Below, piece by piece: positions 47,133-56,104 of a DNA stretch of 56,104 nt. The stretch lies in the NCBI GenBank assembly GCA_963575745.1, contig CAUYUJ010000112.1, positions 62,001 through 118,104 on the forward strand, read 5' to 3'. The stretch comes from Prorocentrum cordatum (lineage: Eukaryota). Under the pieces are notes generated by a model. It had not been told where the DNA came from, made no database searches, and saw only the letters and a program-made list of their open reading frames with translations. The position numbers and the translations under genes are program-made. Position 1 is the first letter of the stretch, and each line of letters starts with the position of its first letter.

Positions 47133-48751
47133 TTGCCCACCTCGTAGTCGGCTACCCTGACCCTCTACTCCACCGCGGCCGCCTCTGGTCCACGCTCGCC
47201 GGCCTCAAGAGGGGCCAAGGGCCGAGCGGGCGGAAGCGGCCTGTGACACCGCGCATGCTCTTGTGGCTCCACGGCTTCCTGAAAAACCAGACCGACCTCC
47301 CCGCGACGGATGCCGCGGTCCTGTGGGCCGCCGTGGTTGTGGCTTTCTTCTTCATGTTGAGGGCGTCCGAGTACTTGATCCAGCCTGGAAAAACGTGGAG
47401 CCAGGAGCGCGTCGTGCGCGGCGTGGACATCACGGGCCGCGACAGCAACAACCAGCCCTGCGCCTTCAGAGACGCAGTGGAGGTGGTGCTCCACATCACC
47501 TCTTCGAAGACGGATCAATATAATGTGGGGTGTGTGAGGAACCAGTACGAGACGGGCACATCGCTGTGCCCGGTGGCCGCTATCCGCCAGCTGGAGCAGC
47601 GCTACCCGCAGAGGCTGCGAGGCAGCGAGGAGGAGCTCCCACTCTTCCGCTGGGCGAACGGTGCACCCATCCGCCGCGAGGAGGTGCAGCACTACTTGAC
47701 AGTGGCAGGGCTGGCCGCCGGGCTGAGGAAGGAGGAGATCGGCTCACGCAGCCCCCACATAGGAGGCGCAACGGCGATGTGCCATGCCGTGGACGACCTG
47801 CAGCGCGTCAAGCGCTTCGGGCGCTGGGCCTCCGACAGCTTCCATGGGTACCTGTGGGGGGGCCACGAACCCATGCGCGGCATCTCGACCGACATGGCGA
47901 CAGACACGTCCGAGCTCACGGCGCCGCCGGCCCACGCGGCCGAGAGCGAGCGCCGCGCGGGCAAGGGCCCGACCCCGCTATGGCCCGGAGCTGTGCTGGC
48001 CGCGACGACGCTCTCCTCCACAGCTGGCGGGGCGGACGGCTACGTGATCAAGGTCGACCCGGCGGAGAGCCAGAACCTACTGATCTTCGTGCTCCCGGTC
48101 AGCTTGAGGACGTGGGCAGTGGCAGCGGGGATGCTGCTAGCGGCGGTGCTGCTGGGAGCTGTTTGGCAGCACAGGCGGCAGCGAAGGAGTGGGCGGGCAG
48201 CCAGCGGGCGCAGCAGCAACCGCAGGGCCCGCAACCCCCGGGCGAGCCTGCCGTGCGCAGCGCTAATGGCAACGGCGCTCGCAACGGCAGCGGGGGAGAC
48301 ACAGGGCCAGGAGATGGCGGCGGTCGACGACAAGACCCAGGGGGTGATACTTCGCTGGGAGCCGCAGATGAGCACGGTGGCGATCGTCTTCCCGGTGGAG
48401 ACGGCGCTGAAGGTGGCGGCCATGATCGCAGTGCTGTTCGCAGCGGGCATCGGGGTGCTTTGCTGCTGCTGCTGCGGGATGGCCAAGAGAAGCGGGAAGG
48501 TGCCGGAGCACGAAACACAGCGGGCCGTAGTGCAGCCGACGCCCAAGGCGCCCAAGCTCCCCAAGCAGCCGCAGAAGACGTACTGCGACGCGGGAGTGAT
48601 GGGCCAGGTGCATTACAACGGCGTGAGGTACGCGCACGAGACCCAGGGCTTCCGCCGGGCCAATGAGGTGACACGGGAAGTGGCCCCGCCAGGGCACCGC
48701 GGGCCGCCAGAATGGTCCCGGGGAGGAGAACCGAGGCCGCATCGTGACTGA
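47133..48751 (+). pseudogene. Tyrosine recombinase catalytic domain plus transmembrane C-terminal tail
   Basis: FMLRASEY (R), SSKTDQ (K), RSPHIGGAT (decayed HSLRIGGAT, 47747-47758), GRWASDSFHGY (W, Y). Confidence 0.92.
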
Positions 48752-49177
48752 GGTGCGGAGGTCCGCCGCCGGCGCCCGCCGCGCGAGCGGCCGCGCGGCG
48801 CCGGCTGAGTTCAGCCCGGCGCTCGCGATCAGTTTTGCGCTTGCGAGCAGCTGGGCGCGGAGCGGCAGCAGCTGGCGCCTGAGGGCAAGAGCGCCGCGCC
48901 GGCCTGGCAACCGGCAGCGCCGTCAAGGGGGGGCGGCGGCGGCGGCTACGAGGGGGGCGCAGGCGGCTGGCCCAGCCAGGGCTGCCGCACAGGGCGCATG
49001 AAGAACCACCGCGGGCGGCGGCGGCGCGCCGCCCTGCGCCTGCGGACCCACCTTGCTGGGCAAACGTGGCATCGTGCCGCGGATGCCAGGACTGTTGAGT
49101 TCCACGCCGAGAGGACCGGCGGCTACGTGACCCACTACGGCCAGCTCGGCGCGGCGGTGCATTCACAGGAGGAGGTT

Positions 49178-49376
49178 GGCGGCGTGGCCCGCGACGCGCG
49201 GCCCAAGACAGGCGCCGGCGCGCCAGGCGCCAGGCGCCAGAGGAGCAGCACGGCTCCTTGGCAAAAAGGGTGCACGCTCATCGTCATCATCGTCTGAGCG
49301 CCACTTCCTCCTCTTGAGCCTCACCTCACTAGGCTCAAGTTGTTTTTAGTTTACCAGTGCTGCTTGAGGGGGTATC
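49178..49376 (+). repeat. Split direct repeat B1
   Basis: 199 bp; about 5 mismatches to 49618-49816. Confidence 0.95.
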
Positions 49377-49539
49377 TAGGATGTTTGGTAAAACTGATGG
49401 ATCTCCCCGTTTCCAGAACTGGCGCGGGCTTCCACTTGCGGTCCCCTTGCTCCTGCCCTTGCCTCCTTGCTTGCCCTTTCCCGCTTCTTCCCCTCTCTCC
49501 GCCGCTCGGCGGCCCAAGCCTTTTCGAAGGCCAAGCTGG
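49377..49539 (+). repeat. Split direct repeat A2
   Basis: Copy of 5261-5423, directly abutting B1. Confidence 0.95.
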
Positions 49540-49617
49540 CCCACCCTGGGGGCCTACAGGCCCCCTTCCCGCCCTGTTCTGGACTTTTTCGGCGCCGCCG
49601 AGGCGCTCGGGCGCTTC

Positions 49618-49816
49618 GGCGGCGCGGCCCGCGACGCGTGGCCCAAGACAGGCGCCGGCGCGCCAGGCGCCAGGCGCCAGAGGAGCAGCACGGCTCCTTG
49701 GCAAAAAGGGTGCACGCTCATCGTCATCATCGTCTGAGCGCCACTTCCTCCTCTTGAGCCTCACCTCGCTAGGCTCAAGTTGTTTTTAGTTTACTAGTGC
49801 TGCTTGAGGGGATATC
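49618..49816 (+). repeat. Split direct repeat B2
   Basis: Copy of B1 at +440; the satellite resumes at 49817. Confidence 0.95.
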
Positions 49817-52800
49817 TCGCTTGTCCGTCGGCTGCGCTGGTCGCCCTGCGCGCGCCCGCCGCCTTTCGGTCGCTCGGCCCCTCGCCTGGCCCCATTCCCT
49901 GGCTTTCTCTGTTCTTGTTTTTTTCGCTTGTCCGTCGGCTGCACTGGTCGCCTCAAGCTCGCCCGCCGCCCCGCGGTCGCTCGCCCCCTCGGCTGGCCAA
50001 ATGCATTGGTTTTGTTTGTTTGAGTTTGTTTTCGCTTGTCCGTCGGCTGCGCTGGCCGCCCCAGGCCCGCCCGCCGCCGCTCGGTCGCTCGGCCCCTCGG
50101 CCGGCCCAATTCACTGGTTGCGTTTGTTTGTGTTTGTTTTCGCTTGTCCGTCGGCTGCACTGGTCGCCCTGCGCGCGCCCGCCGCCTTTCGGTCGCTCGG
50201 CCCCCCGGCTGGCCCCATTCCCTGGCTTTCATTGTTTCTGTTTGTTTTCGCTGTCCGTCGGCTGCAACAGGAACGGGGTTACTGGTCGCCTCAGGCTCCC
50301 CGCCGCTCCGCGGTCGCACGGCCCCTACGGCTGCCAAATGCAATTGGTTTTTGTTTGTTTTGCGTATTTTTCGCTTGTCCGTCGGCTGGCATTAGGCGCT
50401 GGTCGCACCCCAGGCCCTCCTGTCCCCCCGCCGCTCGAGTCGCCTCGGCCCCTCGGCTGGCCCAATTCAATGGTTTGTTTGTTTTTGGTTTGTTTCGCAT
50501 TGTCACGCGGCTGCACTGTCGCCCTGCATGTCCAGGCTCCCCGCCTCCCTTCGGTCGCTCGGCCCCTCGGCTGGCCCCTTTCCACTGTTTAGTTTGTTTT
50601 TGTTTGTTTTCGCTTGTCCGTCGGCTGCGCTGGTCGCCCCAGGCTCGCCCGCCGCCCCGCGGGCGCTCGGCCCCTCGGCTGGCCCAATTCATTGGTTTTG
50701 TTTGTTTTTTTGTTTGTTTTCGCTTGTCCGTCGGCTGCGCTGGTCGCCCCAGGCTCGCCCGCCGCCCCGCGGGCGCTCGGCCCCTCGGCTGGCCCAATTC
50801 ATTGGTTTTGTTTGTTTTTGTTTGTTTTCGCTTGTCCGTCGGCTGCACTGGTCGCCCCCGGCCCGCCCGCCGCCGTTCGGTCGCTCGGCCCCTCGGCTGG
50901 CCCCACTCCCTGGCATGATTTGTTTCTGTTTGTTTTCGCTTGTCCGTCGGCTGCACTGGTCGCCTCAGGCTCGCCCGCCGCACCGCGGTCGCTCGGCCCC
51001 TCGGCAGGCCAAATGCACTGGTTTTGTTTGCTTTTGTTTGTTGTTGTATTGTTTCGCTTGTCCGTCGGGCTGCGCTGTCGCCCCAGACGCCCGCCCGCGC
51101 CCGTTCGGTCACCGCCCCCCGCTCGGCCCCTCGCTGGCCCAATTCAACTGGATTTTGCTTGTTTTTTGTTGTTGTTCGCTTGTCCGTCGGCTGCACTGGG
51201 GTTCGCCCTCGCCACGCCGCCGCCTTTCGGCCGCTCGGCCCCTCGGCTGGCCCCATTCGCTGGCTTTCTGTGTTTCTGTTTGTTTTCGCTTGTCCGTCGG
51301 CTGCACTGGTCGCCTCAGGCTCGCCCGCTTCCCCGCGGTCGCTCGGCCCCTCGGCTGGCCCAATTCATTGGTTTTGTTTGTTTTTGTTTGTGTTCGCTTG
51401 TCCGTCGGCTGCGCTGGTCGCCCTGCGCGCGCCCGCCGCCTTTCGATCGCTCGGCCTCTCGGCTGGCCCCATTCCCTGGCTTTCTCTGTTCTTGTTTTTT
51501 TCGCTTGTCCGTCGGCTGCACTGGTCGCCTCGGGCTCGCCCGCCGCCCCGCGGTCGCTTGGCCCCTCGGCTGGCCAAATGCATTGGTTTTGTTTGTTTTT
51601 GTTTGTTTTCGCTTGTCCGTCGGCTGCGCTGGTCGCCCCAGGCCCGCGCGCCGCCGTTCGGTCGCTCGGCCCCTCGGCCGGCCCAATCCGCTAGTTTTGT
51701 TATTTTTTGTTTGTGTTCGCTTGTCCTTGGGCTGCACTGGTAACCCTGCGCGCGCCCGCCGCCTCTCGGTCGCTCGGCCCCTCGGATGGCCCCATTCCCT
51801 TGCATTCTTTGATTCTGTTTGTTTTCGCTTGTCCGTCGGCTGCACCGGTCGCCTCAGGCTCGCCCGCCGCCCCGCGGTCGCTCGGCCCCTCGGCTGGCCA
51901 AATGTATTGGTTTTGTTTGTTTTTGTTTGTTTTCGCTTGTCCGTCGGCTGCGCCGTTCGCCCCAGGCTCGCCCGCCGCCTTTCGGTCGCTCGGCCCCTCG
52001 GGTGGCCAAATGCATTGGTTCTGTTTGTTTTTGTTTGTTTTCGCTCGTCCGTCGGCTGCACTGGTCGCCCCAGGTTCGCCCGCCGCCCCGCGGGCGCTCG
52101 GCCCCTCGGCTGGCCCAATTCACGGGTTTTGTTTGTTTTTTTGTTTGTTTTCGCTTGTCCGTCGGCTGCACTGGTCGCCCCGGGCCCGCCCGCCGCCGTT
52201 CGGTCGCTCGGCCCATCGGCTGGCCCAATTCACTGGTTTTGTTTGTTTTTGTTTGTTTTCGCTTGTCCGTCGGCTGCGCTGGTCGCCTCAGGCTCGCCCG
52301 CCGCCGTTCGGTCGCTCGGCCCCCCGGCTGGCCAAATGCATTGGTTTTGATTGTTTTTGTTTGTGTTCGCTTGTCCGTCGGCTGCGCTGGTCGCCCTGCG
52401 CACGCCCGCCGCCTTTCGGTCGCTCGGCCCCTCGGCTGGCCCCATTCCCTGGCTTTCTTCGTTTATGTTCGTTGTCGCTTGTCCGTCGGCTGCACTGGTC
52501 GCCTCGAGCTCGCCCGCCGCCCCGCGGTCGCTCGGCCCCTCGGCTGGCCAAATGCATTGGCATTGTTTGTTTTTCTGCGTTTTCGCTTGTCCGTCGGCTG
52601 CACTGGTCGCCCCAGGCCCGCCCGCCGCCGTTCGGTCGCTCGGCCGGCCCCTCGGCTGGCCCAATTCACTGGTTTTGTTTGTGTGTTTGTTTGTTTTCGC
52701 TCGTCCGTCGGCTGCACTGGTCGCCCTGCGCACGCCCGCCGCCTTTCGGTCGCCCGGCCCTTCGGCTGGCCCCATTCCCTGGCTTTCTTTGTTTCTGTTT

Positions 52801-53013
52801 GTTTTCGCTTGTCCGTCGGCCGCACTGGCCGCCTCAAGCCCGCCCGCCGCCGTTCGGTCGCTCGCCCCCTCGGCTGGCCAAATGCATTGTTTTTGTTTGT
52901 TTTTGTGTGTTTTCGCTTGTCCGTCGGCTGCGCTGGTCGCCCCAGGCCCGCCCGCCGCCGCTCGGTCGCTCGGCCCCTCGGCTGGCCCAATTCACTGGTT
53001 TTGTTTGTTTTCC
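49817..53013 (+). repeat. 108-bp satellite array (~29 units)
   Basis: Same monomer as 4821-5260. Confidence 0.96.
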
Positions 53014-53099
53014 CCATATCCTAAGATGGGGTTCTTGTTATTACTTGGACGCCTCCTACTCCTCCTCCTTCCTCCTCCTCTTTTCTCCTCCCCTCCTGT

Positions 53100-53310
53100 C
53101 GGACATACTCAGACTTGCTCATACACAGACTTACTCATACTCAGACTTACTCATACTCAGACCTACTCATACTCAGACTTACTCACACTCAGACATACTC
53201 AAACACAGACTTACTCATACACAGACTTACTCACACCCAGACGTACTCATACACAGACTCACTCATACCCAGACTTACTCATACACAGTATTAGTCATAC
53301 TCAGACTTCG
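53100..53310 (+). repeat. 16-bp minisatellite (agacttactcatactc)n
   Basis: Direct inspection. Confidence 0.9.
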
Positions 53311-53313
53311 ATT

Positions 53314-53860
53314 GGAGAGCAGATTGTGAGGATGTCTCAGGCGGGGCGCTGGTTTCAGCACCCCTAAGGGGAGCCGCCGGGAGTGTTTGCACGGGCTCGT
53401 TCGCGGCCATTTGGTGGGGATGTCTCAGGCGGTTTGCTTGTTTCCGGGCCCAACATCCTTCGCTTGGAGAGCAGATTGTGAGGATGTCTCAGGCGGGGCG
53501 CTGGTTTCAGCACCCCTGAGGGGAGCCGCCAGGGGTGGTTGCACGGGCTCGTTCGCGGCCATTTTGTGGGGATGTCCCAAGCGGTTTGCCTGTTTCCGGG
53601 CCCAACATCCTTCGCTTTCGGAGCAGAGTTGGGGGATGTCTCGAGCGAGGCGCTCATTTCAGCACCCCTAAGGGGAGCCGCCAGGGGTGGTTGCACGGGC
53701 TCGTTCGCTGCCATTTTGTGGGGATGTCTCAGGCGGTTTGCTTGTTTCTGGGCCCAACATCCTTCGTTGTCGGAGCCGATTTGGAGGACGTCTCGAGCGA
53801 GGCGCTGATTTTCACCTCCCAGGTGGGCCAGATTTTGAGGATGTCTCAATCGGTTTGCTT
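53314..53860 (+). repeat. ~152-bp tandem repeat x~3.5
   Basis: ggagagcagattgtgaggatgtctc at 53314 and 53466; diverged copies near 53619 and 53772. Confidence 0.88.
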
Positions 53861-53889
53861 GTTTTGGTGGCCAGGCTCGCGGGCGCAGA

Positions 53890-54530
53890 TTCTTCTCAGG
53901 ATGCCCCAGGAGGCTCCAACAGGCTCCAGGAGGCCCCAGGAGACCACATGAGGTCCCAGGAGGCATCAGGAGGCCACAGAAAGACTCAAGAGGCCACAGG
54001 ATGTCCCAAGAGGCTCCAGGAGGCCCCAGGAAGCTCCAGAAGGCCTCAGGAAACCACAGGAGACCCCAGGAGGCAACAGGAAGCGCCAGGAGGCCTCGGA
54101 AGGCAACAAGAGGCCCCGGGAGGCCCCAGGAGCAGGAGGCCTCAGAAGGCAACAGGAGTGGCTCCAATCCCATGTGTTTTACGTATGCTCCTATCGATTG
54201 GGCCTCACCTGGAGCACGATTCTTTCATGTTCTACGTATGTTTCTATAGATGGTCCTTCTCCTGTGTACACAATCCTAAATGTGTTACTCATGTTCCTAT
54301 GTTTTGGGCCTCTCCTGGGGCACGAGTCCTTGGTGTTTTACGCGTGTTCCTATAGATTGCCCTTCTCCTGTGGCTCTAAACCGCAATGCTTTATGTACGT
54401 CTGTTGCTATAGATTGCGCCTCTCCTGGGGCACGAAACCTTCCTAGGAGGTCCCAGGAGGTCCCAAGAGGCCCCTGGAGACCCCAGGAAGCCCCAGTAGG
54501 TTTCAGGAGGCCCCAGGAGGCCCCAGGCTC
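53890..54530 (+). repeat. 10-bp (ccccaggagg)-like arrays flanking short degenerate repeats
   Basis: Direct inspection. Confidence 0.75.
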
Positions 54531-54721
54531 ATGCACAGAGACGCGCTCGTACTACTGAGGCTCATTCACACTCCAATTCATTCGCAGTTAGATTGATGTC
54601 CAGACCGTCACAACTGAAGCCCGTGAATATTCGAAAGCTCTTGCGCCTACGAAACAGACATTTCACTGCGGACAGGCCCATGCTGTAATGCACAAATGGG
54701 GAGGCCCCACGCAGTGAATAA

Positions 54722-56104
54722 TTTTGTTTGTTTTCGCTTGTCCGTCGGCTGCGCTGGTCGCCCCGCGCGCGCCCGCCGCCTTTCGGTCGCTCGGCCCCTC
54801 GGCCGGCCCCAGTCCCTGGCTTTCTTTGTTTCTGTTTGCGTTCGCTTGTCCGTCGGCTGCACTGGTCGCCTCAGGCTCGCCCGCCGCCGTTCGGTCGCTC
54901 GGCCCCTCGGCTGGCCCAATTCACTGGTCTGGTTTGTTTTTGTTTGTTTTCGCTTGTCCGTCGGCTGCACTGGCCGCTCCAAGCCCGCCCGCCGCCGTTC
55001 GGTCGCTCGGCCCCTCGGCTGGCCCAATTCAGTGGTTTTGTGTGATTTTCGTTTGTTTTCGCTTGCCCGCCGGCCGCGCTGGTCGCCCTGCGCGCGCCCG
55101 CCGCCTTTCGGCCGCTCGGCCCCTCGGATGGCCTCATTCCCTGGCTTTCTTTGTTTCTGTTTGTTTTCGCTTGTCCGTCGGCTGCGCTGGTCGCCTCAGG
55201 CTCGCCCGCCGCCCCGCGGTCGCTCGGCCCCTCGGCTGGCCAAATGCATTTGTTTTGTTTGTTTTTGGGGTGGGGGTTCTTTCCCGGTTGTCCGTCGGCT
55301 GCACTGGCCGCTCCAAGCCCGCCCGCCGCCGTTCGGTCGCTCGGCCCCTCGGCTGGCCCAATTCAGTGGTTTTGTGTGATTTTCGTTTGTTTTCGCTTGC
55401 CCGCCGGCCGCGCTGGTCGCCCTGCGCGCGCCCGCCGCCTTTCGGCCGCTCGGCCCCTCGGATGGCCTCATTCCCTGGCTTTCTTTGTTTCTGTTTGTTT
55501 TCGCTTGTCCGTCGGCTGCGCTGGTCGCCTCAGGCTCGCCCGCCGCCCCGCGGTCGCTCGGCCCCTCGGCTGGCCAAATGCATTTGTTTTGTTTGTTTTT
55601 GTTTGTTTTCGCTTGTCCGTCGGCTGCGCTGGTCGCCCCGGGCTCGCCTGCCGCCCCGCGGGCGCTCGGCCCCTCGGCTGGCCCCATTCACTAGTTTTGT
55701 TTGTTTTTGTTTGTTTTTGCTTGTCCGTCGGCTGCACTGGTCGCCCCGGGTTCACCCGCCGCCCTTCGGTCGCTCGGCCCCTCGGATGGCCTCATTCCCT
55801 TGCTTTCTTTGTTTCTGTTTGTTTTCGCCTGTCCGTCGGCTGCGCTGGTCGCGTCAAGCTCGCCCGCCGCCCCGCGGTCGCTCGGCCTCTCGGCTGGCCA
55901 AATGCATTGGTTTTGATTGTTTTTGTTTGTTTTCGCTTGCCCGTCGGCTGCGCCGTTCGCCCCGGGCTCGCCCGCCGCCCCGCGGTCGCTCGGCCCCTCG
56001 GCTGGCCAAATGCATTGGTTTGGTCTGTTTTTGTGTGTTTTCGCTTGTCCGTCGGCTGCGCTGGTCGCCCCGGGCCCGCTCGCCGCCGTTCGGTCGCTCG
56101 GCCC
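54722..56104 (+). repeat. 108-bp satellite array, continuing to the window end
   Basis: Same monomer. Confidence 0.96.

Larger units (their letters stand above)
5261..49816 (+). mobile_element. Giant tyrosine-recombinase retrotransposon (DIRS order, A1..B1-A2-B2 split direct repeats), ~16.2 kb without nested insertions
   Basis: Split direct repeats; RT, RNase H and YR motifs; no TSD; removing the element restores the satellite unit tttgttt|tcgcttgtcc. Confidence 0.93.

Noticed and set aside
5261..49816. LTR retrotransposon interpretation
   Set aside because: No TG..CA LTR pair, TSD or DDE integrase; repeats are split A..BAB and a YR is present
49797..53367. Long ORFs of 300-578 aa in the satellite
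   Set aside because: The 108-bp unit is a multiple of 3 and lacks stops; translations are repeat artefacts
49817..56104. CRISPR-like repeat/spacer appearance of the 108-bp array (also the 48-, 73- and ~170-bp arrays)
   Set aside because: Intervening segments are homologous rather than unique spacers; no cas genes; eukaryotic context

Overview
GC-rich, repeat-dense eukaryotic DNA, most likely dinoflagellate (GC/GA-donor introns, spliced-leader-like relics, methyltransferase-carrying retroelement; taxon is inference). Most of the window is one nested mobile-element complex. A tyrosine-recombinase (DIRS-order, Ngaro/PAT-type split direct repeat) retrotransposon spans 5261-49816 and sits precisely, with no TSD, inside a 108-bp satellite. 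Without its two nested insertions it is about 16.2 kb and appears to encode one decayed polyprotein of roughly 5,000 codons: membrane/Cys-rich N-terminus, gag-like region with CCCH finger, putative Cys-protease, C5-DNA methyltransferase, putative ubiquitin-like domain, RT, RNase H, a second degenerate C5-MTase, tyrosine recombinase and a transmembrane tail. Insertion 1 is a 15.4-kb TIR element (8028-23424, 5-bp GAGAT TSD) with no recognisable transposase, carrying two Tc1/mariner-like non-autonomous copies and tandem repeats. Insertion 2 is a 13-kb EnSpm/CACTA-like transposon (34173-47130, CCCA..TGGG, TT TSD) with an intact spliced DDE transposase and three accessory spliced genes. The flanks hold several satellites and one orphan 400-codon ORF. 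All domain calls come from motif reading by eye, not database searches.
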